Virus record (IMG/VR): IMGVR_UViG_3300020352_000032
Coordinates: 1 to 25,854 of that record
From: a virus
Lineage: Duplodnaviria; Caudoviricetes
Strand: one strand, 5' to 3'
DNA length: 25,854 nucleotides
The translations under genes and the position numbers were made by a program. The notes under the pieces are model-generated. The model did no database searches. It was not told the DNA's origin and worked only from the letters and a program-made list of their open reading frames with translations. This document shows, piece by piece, positions 1-9,337 of this stretch. The first letter of the stretch is position 1; every line of letters starts with the position of its first letter.

Positions 1-1
1 G

Positions 2-1267
2 GAAGAGCTAAGCAATGCGAACGGTCCTGAGCACGAAATAGTTAGCTGCAACGAAATACTAAACAACGAGCCATATGGAAGCCCTGGGGCGCAATATACT
101 GACCTTGCTTATGCAGGCATCAGGCTAAACAGCGGCGTCGAGTGGTCAAGCTTTAGTGAGCTTTCGGCTTATTTTAAGGAAGGCGTTACAGTTTTAAAAG
201 CGCCGTTTGACGTTGACAGTCCCTTCGAGCCCACAAACCTGTTACCAGAGATTGCTTACGACTTGCTAACAAATACAAAGTATGGCGTTGGCGAAGTCGT
301 AGGCGCAGGTCAGGTTGATGCAAATGAAATGGAAGAAGCCACAAAATTCTGCAACGCAAACAGGTTGTTTTGGGACGGTGTTATTGGCGAGCGCGTCAAC
401 ATAAGAGAATGGATCTACGAAAACGCTGGTTACTGCTTATTGCAATTTAGAATTAAAGGCGGACGCTTTAGCCTGTACCCTGACGTACCGTTTGATAGCG
501 CGGGGCTAATAGCCAAAACCCAAAAAATTTCGCCCAAAGTTTTATTTACTGACGGCAACATGAAGGACTTGCAGGTAAGTTTCTTGTCCCCGGAAGAGCG
601 CCAATTGTTTAAAGCAACCGTTTTATGGCGGCAAGAAACAACAAACGGCTTTCCGCAAACCAGGACAGTAACTGTACGCTTGAGCAGCGGCGAACAGGGT
701 GGTTCAGATAACGACCCAGAAGAAACATTCGACATGGCGGGATTTTGCACGAGCCAAGAGCACGCAGAAACATTTGCCAAGTACGCGCTAAAGACGCGCC
801 AACTGGTGGATCATGGCATCAAGTTTCAAACAACTCCTCAGATGGCGATGGGACTGGAACCCGGCGAATATTTTCAGGTCGCTTCTGCAGTTACCCATTC
901 TGACACTAACCTTGGCAGCCGTTTGAACAACGGATCCATCGACGGCGAAGGTAATGTCATTGGTCTATCTATAGACAATGGGACTTATGACGTGCAGTAT
1001 TGGAAGCCTGGAACGTCAGGGCTAAATACTGACAGGCTCCAAGTCGCAAACGGAAAAACTTCTAGTTCTACACTGCGAAACTCAATTTTTGCGGTTTCTA
1101 GGCAGAACAACCCTCAGACCCGTGTCTACAAGCTGGAAAGCCTGACCTATGCAGAGGATGGTCTTGTAGAAGTAGCAGGAAGCGTCGCCCCGCTAACTGA
1201 AGGTGGTTTGCTAGCAACTTTAGACTGGGGAGACAATGATGACCACTTTGAAGTGGGGGCTGCCTAA
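2..1267 (+). CDS. Tail tip / host-specificity (lambda gpJ-like central hub) protein, 5'-truncated
   Basis: Frame is open from position 2 (EELSNANGPEHEIV...), well upstream of the track start at 263. Contains 'PEIAYDLLTNTKYG', 'FWDGVI', 'FCTSQEHAETFAKYAL', 'GIKFQT' and 'LEPGEYFQV', typical of Tip-attachment-J/phage-tail_3 proteins. Confidence 0.75.
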   Translation, partial: EELSNANGPEHEIVSCNEILNNEPYGSPGAQYTDLAYAGIRLNSGVEWSSFSELSAYFKEGVTVLKAPFDVDSPFEPTNLLPEIAYDLLTNTKYGVGEVVGAGQVDANEMEEATKFCNANRLFWDGVIGERVNIREWIYENAGYCLLQFRIKGGRFSLYPDVPFDSAGLIAKTQKISPKVLFTDGNMKDLQVSFLSPEERQLFKATVLWRQETTNGFPQTRTVTVRLSSGEQGGSDNDPEETFDMAGFCTSQEHAETFAKYALKTRQLVDHGIKFQTTPQMAMGLEPGEYFQVASAVTHSDTNLGSRLNNGSIDGEGNVIGLSIDNGTYDVQYWKPGTSGLNTDRLQVANGKTSSSTLRNSIFAVSRQNNPQTRVYKLESLTYAEDGLVEVAGSVAPLTEGGLLATLDWGDNDDHFEVGAA

Positions 1268-1668
1268 TGACAGTTACATTCCAGCCTGAAGACCTTCGCC
1301 CGTCTGCCAGATCCTATAAGCCTGGAACGTACCCACAAACGTTTTTCCAAGCACTTAACGGCTCTACAACTGTCGTTCAGTTTGGTGCTCGTAATTTTAA
1401 TGCCGAGCTGACCTTACAGTTTTCCAACATCGAAGACACTGCGGCAAACACCATCATCGGGGTTTATGAAAGCGCAAACGGCACATGGGATTATGTCGAT
1501 TTTGAGAACAGCAAAGCCATGGATGCAGCAGGCAGCGCAATGCAGTCACGAATGAGAGAAGGCTCCCCATTGAAATGGCGCTTCAAGGAACCGCCAACAG
1601 TCACCTATAAATTTCGTAATCGCTGCGACGTGTCTTGCACCTTTACTGCTTTCCTTGATGGCGCTTAG
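1267..1668 (+). CDS. Minor tail protein (distal-tail / lambda gpM-like)
   Basis: TAATG overlap with the upstream gene. 133 aa, beta-rich, with 'PSARSYKPG', 'LTLQFSNI' and 'WRFKEPP'; lies in the tail module. Confidence 0.6.
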   Translation: MTVTFQPEDLRPSARSYKPGTYPQTFFQALNGSTTVVQFGARNFNAELTLQFSNIEDTAANTIIGVYESANGTWDYVDFENSKAMDAAGSAMQSRMREGSPLKWRFKEPPTVTYKFRNRCDVSCTFTAFLDGA

Positions 1669-1681
1669 ACTAGAGATACGA
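1666..1681 (+). promoter_or_regulatory. Putative -10 promoter element (TAGACT-N5-TACGA)
   Basis: TAGACT ends 24 nt before ATG 1695. The same CTTAGACT-N5-TACGA string with the same spacing precedes ATG 3024. Confidence 0.5.
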
Positions 1682-1694
1682 TTTCTTACCCGCA

Positions 1695-2129
1695 ATGGCT
1701 TTTTCTAGCGGCATCAACGGAAAACTTTATTTTGGTGCATCGATCACCGCTGCAACGCTAGTGGGGCAAGTAAAAAACTGGACATGGGCTGTATCTCAAC
1801 CTGTTCTAGACACCACGTCACTTGCTGACACTGACAGAACAGTTATCCCTAGCGTCCGTTCAACCACTGGTTCATGCAGCCTGCACTATTACGGGAGTAG
1901 CTCAACAGCATCGATTTTGATCAATAAGATCGTGAAAACAGGCGATGCACTGGGCAGTGGTGTTAATGCCGAATCTACTCAGGTAACTTTTAAGCTTGAA
2001 GTTGACGAAAGCACCATTACAATTCCGGCTTACATCACTAACGCCTCGATGAGTTGCTCTGTGGGCGAGGTGGTTTCGGTTGAGCTTTCGTTCGAGGCGG
2101 ACGGAGCCGCTGTCCAAAATAGCTTGTGA
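1695..2129 (+). CDS. Tail tube-fold protein
   Basis: 'SGINGKLY...VGQVKNWTW...LDTTSLADTDRT...STTGSCSL...ITNASMSCSVGEVVSVELSFEADG' matches the pattern of siphovirus tail-tube proteins. Confidence 0.65.
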   Translation: MAFSSGINGKLYFGASITAATLVGQVKNWTWAVSQPVLDTTSLADTDRTVIPSVRSTTGSCSLHYYGSSSTASILINKIVKTGDALGSGVNAESTQVTFKLEVDESTITIPAYITNASMSCSVGEVVSVELSFEADGAAVQNSL

Positions 2130-2132
2130 TCC

Positions 2133-2972
2133 ATGTCCGTTTATCTAGGCTATGAAGGCGACGTCGAGCTGCAACGTGTCGAGACAGGTCGCGGGCTTCG
2201 TAGTGAGCTTGCGCCATCTGATGTCAATGTTGCCCGTAAACGCTTCAGCGTAAATTTTGCGCTTGGAGCGTTAATTACTGGCGACCTGATCACGATCGCA
2301 ACCAATAACGGCTCAACGCTAGAGCTGGTCAGTGGTCATAGTTACCCGGACTGGACAGGTTACGTTCATATTGACGAGGTTGGCGGCATAAGGCTTTACA
2401 GCACTTTTGCGCTTGCGTTGGCAGGCGAATTTACTAATTCATTGGCATTAGTTGCGCCTAGCACCACAGAGCAAATAAAAATCACGACACGAACCGACAA
2501 GTTCAAGTGTGTTGCTCAGGTCAAGAGCTTCGACATGACCACAAGCAGGGAGCTAGTGCAGACCACATCCCTGTCCCAAGAATTTCAAAGCCAGTATGAG
2601 GCTGGATTGATCAGCGGCCAAGGCCGGATGTCCTGTTTCTGGGAGCACCAAACAGGCACCTCTGAAACGCTTGAATTTTCGGTCTACCTGGCGCGTCTAG
2701 TCCTTCGGCTGCAGCAGGGCGCAAGATTCAGGGGCAAATTCTATATCTACAAAAACGAGCAAAACAATTCGTCCGTCTGGTACGAGTGTGATTGCATCGT
2801 TAGTAGCGTTCAGGTATCTGTTGCACCTGGGGAAGCAATTGTAACTGAAGTTGACTTTGTGACAACTGGATTGATCACGCTCCGTGAATACTCAGCAGCG
2901 AACAGCTACATCGTTCAAGAAGACGCGAACAAGATTCTGCTGGAAAGCAATCAGAGCGGCGCTTTGCTATAG
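2133..2972 (+). CDS. Virion structural protein: tail-tube fold with an inserted domain
   Basis: C-terminal half parallels the upstream tube protein (VAQVKSFDMTTSRELVQTTSL...ISGQG...IVSSVQVSVAPGEAIVTEVDFVTTG). Ends in a 'IVQEDANKILLE' motif. Confidence 0.6.
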   Translation: MSVYLGYEGDVELQRVETGRGLRSELAPSDVNVARKRFSVNFALGALITGDLITIATNNGSTLELVSGHSYPDWTGYVHIDEVGGIRLYSTFALALAGEFTNSLALVAPSTTEQIKITTRTDKFKCVAQVKSFDMTTSRELVQTTSLSQEFQSQYEAGLISGQGRMSCFWEHQTGTSETLEFSVYLARLVLRLQQGARFRGKFYIYKNEQNNSSVWYECDCIVSSVQVSVAPGEAIVTEVDFVTTGLITLREYSAANSYIVQEDANKILLESNQSGALL

Positions 2973-2994
2973 GAAGAACCTGACTAGCAGCCCT

Positions 2995-3010
2995 TAGACT
3001 GGTGGTACGA
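2995..3010 (+). promoter_or_regulatory. Putative -10 promoter element (TAGACT-N5-TACGA)
   Basis: Intergenic, 24 nt before the fibre ATG; twin of the site at 1666. Confidence 0.5.
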
Positions 3011-3023
3011 GTACAGAACCTGA

Positions 3024-6000
3024 ATGCCTGATCTAGAAATTTCCCAGCTACCGCAATTAGAAGGTTCTGACCTGCAAGGCACTGACCCTATTGCGATAGC
3101 AGACGTTTCAGCCTCTGAAACAAAGAAGCTAACAGTTGCAGACTTATCGACTTATGGCGTCACGTTTATCTCTGACGACACAATTTCAGGCGACAAAATT
3201 ATCAGCCTGATTGGGACAAAGCTAGTAGCAAACTCGGTCACAGCAAGCCAGATTGCGTCAAACGCAATTGGCAGCAGTGAGCTTGCTGATTTATCTGTAG
3301 ACACCGCAGCCATCCAGGATGGGGCGATCACCAACGTCAAGCTGGCCAGCGGTATTGACGGCACGAAGATCCTTGCGTTGTCGGTTGGTGATGCAAAAAT
3401 TGTTGACATCGACGGCGCCAAAATACTAACGGGCACCGTTACGGCAGAACAGCTAGGGGTCAACTCGGTTACGGCAACAGAGTTATCTGATAATGCTGTT
3501 GATACCGCTGCTGTCGTAGACGGAGCAATCACGAACGTCAAGATAGGTATCAACATTGATGGCGCTAAAATACTTGCCGGATCAATAAGCTCTACTCAAC
3601 TAGCGGCTAACAGTGTTACGGCTTCTCAGCTAGCTAATTTATCGGTAGACACTACTGCTATTCAAACCGCAGCAGTAACAGACGCCAAGCTTGCCACCGG
3701 AATCAGTGGGACAAAACTTACTGACGGAACCGTTAGTGACGCCAAGATTACTGGTCTCGATGGGGCAAAATTAACGGCAGATTCCGTAGATACAGCGCAG
3801 CTCGCAGCGAATTCAGTTACGTCAGTCGAGCTAGCGGCTAACAGTGTTGGTTCGCCTGAACTTTCAGACGCATCAGTAGCCACTGCTGCTGTAATTGATT
3901 CTGCGATTACAGACGCCAAACTAGCCTCAGGAATTAGCGGCAGCAAACTTACTGACGCAACTATTAGCGACGCAAAAATTATTAGTCTTGACGGGAGTAA
4001 ATTAACGGCAGATTCCGTAGATACAGCGCAGCTTGCAGCGGGCTCAGTTACATCAACTGAACTGGCGGCTAACAGCGTTGGTTCGTCTGAACTGGCTAGT
4101 TCATCAGTAGGCACTGCAGCAGTACAAGATTCTGCAATTACAGATGCTAAATTAGCTTCAGGGATTAGCGGCAGCAAGCTTACTGATGGAACTATTGGTG
4201 ACGCCAAGATTGCTGACCTTGACGGGAGCAAATTAAACGCCAACTCTGTAGACACAGCGCAACTTGCGGCAGACTCAGTTACATCAACTGAATTAGCAGC
4301 AAACAGCGTTGGCTCATCTGAACTTATTGACCTATCGGTAAGTACTGCAACCATTCAAGATGCAGCTATAACCGACATTAAATTAGCAAGCGGAATTAGC
4401 GGCACCAAGATAACCGATGCAACCATTTCAGACGCAAAAATCAATGGCCTAAGCGGCGCAAAAATTGCCGATGATTCAGTAACCGCTATTAAGCTTGTTT
4501 CAGGCATAAGCGGCGCAAAACTAACTGATGCTTCGATTAGTGACGCTAAAATCATCGGCCTTGACGGTGCAAAACTAACCGCAGACTCCGTAGACACAGC
4601 GCAACTTGCAGCAAGCTCAGTTACAAGAGCTAAATTAGCGGCAAATAGTGTTGGTTCGTCTGAACTTGATGATTCATCAGTAGACACTTTAGCCGTACAG
4701 GATTCTGCAATTACAGATATTAAATTAGCTTCAGGCATTAGCGGTAGCAAGCTAACTGACGCAACTGTTGGCAATGCCAAGATCACTGATCTTGATGGAG
4801 CGAAACTAAATGCAAATTCTGTTACCGCTACTCAAATTGCAGCTAATGCAGTCGGGTCATCAGAACTGGCGGCTAACAGCGTAGACACTGCTGCTGTAAT
4901 TGATTCTGCGATTACAGACGCCAAGTTGGCCTCAGGAATTGATGGAGGCAAACTTACAGCAGGCACAGTTGCCAGCAGTCAATTAGGAGCGGATTCTATA
5001 TTAACAGACAAGATTCAAGACGGCGCAATTACTGACGACAAAATAAGCAATTTTATTAACGGGGCAAAGCTAAGTGCTAGTACCGTTCCAAACACCGCCT
5101 TAGGGACCGTCACTGATCGAGGCTTAAACCAAAGCACCGGCAGCATTGGGATTGCAAATGTCGTCACGCCCAGTACGCAGGGCGGAATTACTTGGGACAG
5201 CACAGGACTGATCACTGCAGCAACAGGGTCAATTCCGTCAGCGGATTTACCTGTTGCAACGGCCACCACACCCGGCGCCATTTCAGTTCCTGCGGCTGGC
5301 GGGTTAGCTGTTGACGGTGCTGGTGCGGCTTCTATTGCCAACTCAATTACTGCTGCCACAAAACGCGGCATTGAATACGACGAGCACGGCAGCATTATTA
5401 GCGTCACCGATGTCGTTCCAGCAGCTGGAATCCCGCTTGCCACTAATAGCACGATTGGGGGCGTACAAGTACCAGGGCCTGAAATAACCGTAGATGTTAG
5501 TGGTGCGCTTTCCTTAGGCAATTCTGGTGTAACTGCTGACACCTATCCAAAAGTCACCGTTAATGCTAAAGGCGTTGTCACATCAGGCAGTTCTCTAGAA
5601 GCGTCAGACATCCCTGCTTTAGATGCAAGCAAAATCACGAGCGGAACATTTGGATCAACGTTTCTTGCCACTAATAGCGTTACAGCATCGCAGCTCGCTG
5701 ACTACGGCATTGCGAAAATCAGCAGTAGCCAACCAACCCCAGAATTTGCGGGCCAGCTTTGGGTCAACCCAACAGACCGAACAGCTTATGTTTGGGTCGG
5801 TCAAGTCGAGCCGCCTGAAGGTTATTACCTGCCGCTAAACAATGAGTTTGGAGCACAAGCCAACCTGCGTTTTGGTGGCACCTATAACGCCAGTAACAAC
5901 ACGATCGCGAGTTTAAACAACTACGGTTCAGAGGCTGGCTTGACTGTTGGATCCGCGCTAATCGCACCAACCTCAGCAAGCTCTGGTGTTTACCTGCTTG

Positions 6001-6341
6001 TCACGACTGCTGGAACAGGTACATCCCCGGCACCTGCTGTTGCGCTTGATGTTGGCGACTGGATTTTAAGTCCAGGGTCTGGGGCCACCTGGACCCATGT
6101 AAATCTGATCGGCGCAGGCATTAGCGTCATTGATGCAGGAAGCGTCACTTATGACGGCACTGGTTTAACGCCTGCGTTTACTGGTGTTGCAGATGCCGGA
6201 GCAGCCATTGACGCGCTGTGGGGCCGAACCCAAATCGCAACGCTTGCAGTAAAGGGGATTGTGCTTGAAAGCACCGAGGTAACTGTTGACAACAGCACGG
6301 GCGCAATGGCCGTGGGGGTTGTTGATGAAGGCTCGTATTGA
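3024..6341 (+). CDS. Long tail fibre protein (proximal), repeat-rich
   Basis: 1105 aa. N-terminal 'ISQLP...D...ETKKLTVADL' fibre-attachment motif; 10-residue LAANSVTxxE-type repeats; 'YPKVTVNAKGVVTSG' and 'LDASKITSGTF' fibre motifs; ends VVDEGSY. Confidence 0.85.
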   Translation: MPDLEISQLPQLEGSDLQGTDPIAIADVSASETKKLTVADLSTYGVTFISDDTISGDKIISLIGTKLVANSVTASQIASNAIGSSELADLSVDTAAIQDGAITNVKLASGIDGTKILALSVGDAKIVDIDGAKILTGTVTAEQLGVNSVTATELSDNAVDTAAVVDGAITNVKIGINIDGAKILAGSISSTQLAANSVTASQLANLSVDTTAIQTAAVTDAKLATGISGTKLTDGTVSDAKITGLDGAKLTADSVDTAQLAANSVTSVELAANSVGSPELSDASVATAAVIDSAITDAKLASGISGSKLTDATISDAKIISLDGSKLTADSVDTAQLAAGSVTSTELAANSVGSSELASSSVGTAAVQDSAITDAKLASGISGSKLTDGTIGDAKIADLDGSKLNANSVDTAQLAADSVTSTELAANSVGSSELIDLSVSTATIQDAAITDIKLASGISGTKITDATISDAKINGLSGAKIADDSVTAIKLVSGISGAKLTDASISDAKIIGLDGAKLTADSVDTAQLAASSVTRAKLAANSVGSSELDDSSVDTLAVQDSAITDIKLASGISGSKLTDATVGNAKITDLDGAKLNANSVTATQIAANAVGSSELAANSVDTAAVIDSAITDAKLASGIDGGKLTAGTVASSQLGADSILTDKIQDGAITDDKISNFINGAKLSASTVPNTALGTVTDRGLNQSTGSIGIANVVTPSTQGGITWDSTGLITAATGSIPSADLPVATATTPGAISVPAAGGLAVDGAGAASIANSITAATKRGIEYDEHGSIISVTDVVPAAGIPLATNSTIGGVQVPGPEITVDVSGALSLGNSGVTADTYPKVTVNAKGVVTSGSSLEASDIPALDASKITSGTFGSTFLATNSVTASQLADYGIAKISSSQPTPEFAGQLWVNPTDRTAYVWVGQVEPPEGYYLPLNNEFGAQANLRFGGTYNASNNTIASLNNYGSEAGLTVGSALIAPTSASSGVYLLVTTAGTGTSPAPAVALDVGDWILSPGSGATWTHVNLIGAGISVIDAGSVTYDGTGLTPAFTGVADAGAAIDALWGRTQIATLAVKGIVLESTEVTVDNSTGAMAVGVVDEGSY
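3220..5100 (+). repeat. Intragenic coding tandem repeat (10-aa units grouped into 77-aa / 231-nt units)
   Basis: TTAACGGCAGATTCCGTAGATACAGCGCAGCT occurs at 3771 and 4002, 231 nt apart. DSAITDAKLASGISGSKLTD-type segments recur. Boundaries are approximate. Confidence 0.9.
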
Positions 6342-6499
6342 TGGCAAAGTTTACTTATAACGGCGAATACCTGCCGCAAGGCGGCAAGATCGGTGAATTA
6401 CTGGTCAAAATAAGCAATGCCGACTACTACGTGCAGTACAAAACTCTGACTGAAATTATTGCTAAATACGATGTGGAGATAGACGAAGGCGAATACTAG
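6341..6499 (+). CDS. Small fibre-associated protein (52 aa, not in ORF track)
   Basis: TGATG overlap with the fibre stop. MAKFTYNGEYLPQGGKIGELLVKISNADYYVQYKTLTEIIAKYDVEIDEGEY; 'LPQGGKIGELLVKISNADY' resembles the phage-fibre PxGGxxGQxLxKxSxxDY motif. Confidence 0.75.
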   Translation: MAKFTYNGEYLPQGGKIGELLVKISNADYYVQYKTLTEIIAKYDVEIDEGEY

Positions 6500-6536
6500 A
6501 ATGGTCTAGTAACGCCGTCCGGTAAGGAGTTAAGGC

Positions 6537-8888
6537 ATGGCCACATACAAGCATATCCGCAGCAACGTTGACAGCAAGCGCCCCACCACAAGCTTGGCTG
6601 ATGGTCAAATTGCGATCAACACCAATGTTGCGAGCCCCGGTTTATTTTTCAAGGACTCCGCTGGAACGGCCCTTGTAAAAGTAGGCCCTGTGCATGTCGG
6701 TACAACAGCCCCAAATGCAAGCCCAGCGACTGGCGGCAGCACCGGAAATTCTACGGGTGAGCAATGGCTTGATACAAGTCTTAGCCCACCAGAGCTTAAG
6801 GTTTGGAACGGTAGTGCTTGGATAAGTTCTGGCGGTTCTGGCAGTTCCGTAACGGCTGGCGATGGAATCGACGTAACGGGTTCTGCTGTCAGCGTTGATT
6901 TAAAAGCCAACGGCGGCTGTGTCATTGAATCGACTGAATTAGCAGTTGATTTAGGCGCAAGTGCCATCACTGGAACACTGGCCATTGGTGATGGCGGAAC
7001 AGGCGCAACCACTGCGGGTGCCGCTAGGACAGCTTTGGGCGTTGCCATTGGAAGTAATGTCCAAGCCTACGACGCTGATTTAGCAGCTCTTTCAGGAATG
7101 CAGACAGGAGCCGCAACGGCTCTCGCTGTATTAACCAGCACCGAGGTTGCAATTTTAGACGGAGCAACGTTAACAACAACTGAATTAAATTACGTTGACG
7201 GCGTCACATCTAGCATTCAAACTCAACTTGATGCAAAGCAAGCAAGTGATGCTGAGCTGAGCATCTTGGCAGGGATGGCGTCAGGCACTGCCACTAACTT
7301 GGCGGCATTAACCGCAGCAGAAATTGCAATTTTAGATGGAGCAACATTAACAACAACTGAGTTGAATTATGTTGACGGTGTAACGTCAGGCATTCAGACA
7401 CAACTCAATGGGAAGCAGGCTAATGACCCGCAGCTGACTGCTCTTGCAGGTATGTCCGCAAACACTGCCACTAGCTTGGCGGCTCTTACTAACACGGAAG
7501 TTGACATTTTAGACGGCGCGACAGCTACGACAGCAGAACTTAACATCCTTGACGGAGCCACGCTAACGACAACTGAACTAAATTATGTCAATGGTGTTAC
7601 ATCAAGTGTTCAAACTCAACTTGACGCAAAACAGGCATTTGACGCGCAACTAACCACTCTTGCGGGCATGGCTGCAACCACTGCCACTAATTTGGCAGGA
7701 CTGACTGCGGCAGAGGTTGCAATTTTAGATGGAGCGACTGTAACAACCGCTGAACTCAATCACGTTGACGGCGTCACGTCTAACGTTCAGACCCAGTTAA
7801 ACGCAAAACAAACAAGTGACGCGCAGCTAACCACTTTGGCTGGAATGGCGGCAGCCACTGCCGATAGTTTGGCGCTTTTAACTGACGCAGAAGTCGAAAT
7901 TTTAGATGGAGCAACATTAACGACGACAGAGCTGAACTATGTCGATGGAGTTACGTCAAACATTCAATCCCAGCTAAATGCAAAACAAGCGTCTGATGCC
8001 CAATTAAGCACGCTTGCTGGGATGGCATCTGAAACTGCCACAAGTTTGGCAGCACTTACCGGAACAGAGGTAGCAATTTTAGACGGCGCAACTGCCACAA
8101 CAACAGAGCTTAATATTCTTGTCGGAGCAACGGTAACAACAGCTGAGTTGAATTATTCAGATGGAGTTACTTCCAACATTCAATCCCAGCTAAATACAAA
8201 ACAAACATCTGACGCTAAACTGACTACCTTGGCAGGGATGTCAGCAGGAACCGCTACCAGTTTGGCTGCATTAAGCTCGACAGAAGTAGCAATTTTAGAC
8301 GGCGCAACTGTCACCACAGGGGAGCTAAACAAGCTTGACGGAGTAACAGCAACAACAACTGAATTAAATTATGTAGATGGAGTTACGTCAAACATTCAGA
8401 CACAACTCAACGGCAAACAAACTTCAGACGCTCAGCTAAGCACTCTTGCTGGGATGGCCGCAGGCACAGCTACCAATCTGGCAGCATTGACATCGACAGA
8501 GGTTGCAATTTTAGATGGAGCAACATTAACCACTACTGAGTTGAATTATGTTGATGGGGTCACGTCAAGCATTCAGACACAATTAGACGCGAAACAGGCT
8601 TCAGATACGCAGTTAACTGCTCTAGCGGGGATGTCTGCGTCAACCGCGACAAACCTTGCTGCTTTGAGTGGGACAGAAGTTGCAATCTTAGATGGAGCGA
8701 TAGTCACAACAGCAGAACTCAACATCTTGGGTGGTGGGACGGCTGCAACCTCAACCACTTTGGCAGCCGCTGATAGAATGGTTACCAATGATGGTGGCAC
8801 AATGGTGCAAGTTGCTCTAAGTGACTTGGTCACATTTTTTGAAAACGGGGCCGTATCGGGCTTTTCTATTGATGGAGGCACATTCTAA
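6537..8888 (+). CDS. Tail fibre protein (second subunit), repeat-rich
   Basis: N-terminus 'KHIRS...KRP...LADGQIAIN...LFFKD' resembles the T4 gp37 N-terminal domain. Eight 'ELNYVDGVTSxIQTQL'-type repeats; ends IDGGTF. Confidence 0.85.
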   Translation: MATYKHIRSNVDSKRPTTSLADGQIAINTNVASPGLFFKDSAGTALVKVGPVHVGTTAPNASPATGGSTGNSTGEQWLDTSLSPPELKVWNGSAWISSGGSGSSVTAGDGIDVTGSAVSVDLKANGGCVIESTELAVDLGASAITGTLAIGDGGTGATTAGAARTALGVAIGSNVQAYDADLAALSGMQTGAATALAVLTSTEVAILDGATLTTTELNYVDGVTSSIQTQLDAKQASDAELSILAGMASGTATNLAALTAAEIAILDGATLTTTELNYVDGVTSGIQTQLNGKQANDPQLTALAGMSANTATSLAALTNTEVDILDGATATTAELNILDGATLTTTELNYVNGVTSSVQTQLDAKQAFDAQLTTLAGMAATTATNLAGLTAAEVAILDGATVTTAELNHVDGVTSNVQTQLNAKQTSDAQLTTLAGMAAATADSLALLTDAEVEILDGATLTTTELNYVDGVTSNIQSQLNAKQASDAQLSTLAGMASETATSLAALTGTEVAILDGATATTTELNILVGATVTTAELNYSDGVTSNIQSQLNTKQTSDAKLTTLAGMSAGTATSLAALSSTEVAILDGATVTTGELNKLDGVTATTTELNYVDGVTSNIQTQLNGKQTSDAQLSTLAGMAAGTATNLAALTSTEVAILDGATLTTTELNYVDGVTSSIQTQLDAKQASDTQLTALAGMSASTATNLAALSGTEVAILDGAIVTTAELNILGGGTAATSTTLAAADRMVTNDGGTMVQVALSDLVTFFENGAVSGFSIDGGTF
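7060..8730 (+). repeat. Intragenic coding tandem repeat, 59-aa (177-nt) unit, about 8 copies, some with a 13-aa insert
   Basis: GCAATTTTAGA at 7149 and 7326 (177 nt apart); eight GVTS(S/G/N)(I/V)Q cores. Boundaries are approximate. Confidence 0.9.
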
Positions 8889-8890
8889 AA

Positions 8891-9337
8891 ATGGCTATTC
8901 CAATTCGCCACAAAAGGGGCACTAGCAACCCTTCTGCTAGTGATTTCGCAAGCACAGCGGAGCTGCTTGTTAACACTACAGATGGGGGCTTGTTTACGAA
9001 AACAGATGGTGGGGTTGTCGTTGAAATTGCGGCAGCTGATATTCCTCAGAACTCAAAAACAGCTGCTTACACCCTTGTCATAGGAGATAGCGGGAAACAC
9101 GTCAACATAACAACTGGCGGAGTAACCGTTCCAAGCGGTGTGTTTAGTGCTGGAAATGTGGTCAGTATTTACAATGACAGTTCAAGTGATCAAACAATTA
9201 CGCAAGCTGCCAGTGTAACTTTACGCCTTGCCGGAGCTGCAACAACAGGAAACCGAACGCTGGCGCAATACGGGCTCGTGACTGTGCTTTGTGTTGCCTC
9301 AAATGAGTTTGTTATTAGCGGAGCCGGTTTAACATAA
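8891..9337 (+). CDS. Short distal tail fibre / adaptor protein
   Basis: gp37-N-like start (IRHKRGT..P......ELLVNTTDGGLFTK) fused directly to an 'AYTLVIGDSGKH...TVP...F..G...TLAQYG..T..CVASNEFVISG' fibre C-terminal domain. Confidence 0.75.
   Translation: MAIPIRHKRGTSNPSASDFASTAELLVNTTDGGLFTKTDGGVVVEIAAADIPQNSKTAAYTLVIGDSGKHVNITTGGVTVPSGVFSAGNVVSIYNDSSSDQTITQAASVTLRLAGAATTGNRTLAQYGLVTVLCVASNEFVISGAGLT

Noticed and set aside
2970-2972. Genome-wide TAG reassignment
   Set aside because: TAG ends several genes cleanly (1668, 6499, 10409, 18419, 22459) and long genes have no internal TAG.
3220-8730. Periodic repeats as a CRISPR array
   Set aside because: Periods are multiples of 3, copies are degenerate at synonymous sites and lie inside ORFs; no unique spacers.
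3152-8881. Long antisense ORFs opposite the fibre genes (3152-3556, 3662-4354, 4355-4786, 5015-5542, 6605-7048, 8573-8881)
   Set aside because: Mirror frames of Ala/Ser/Thr/Gly-rich repeats; no independent motifs.
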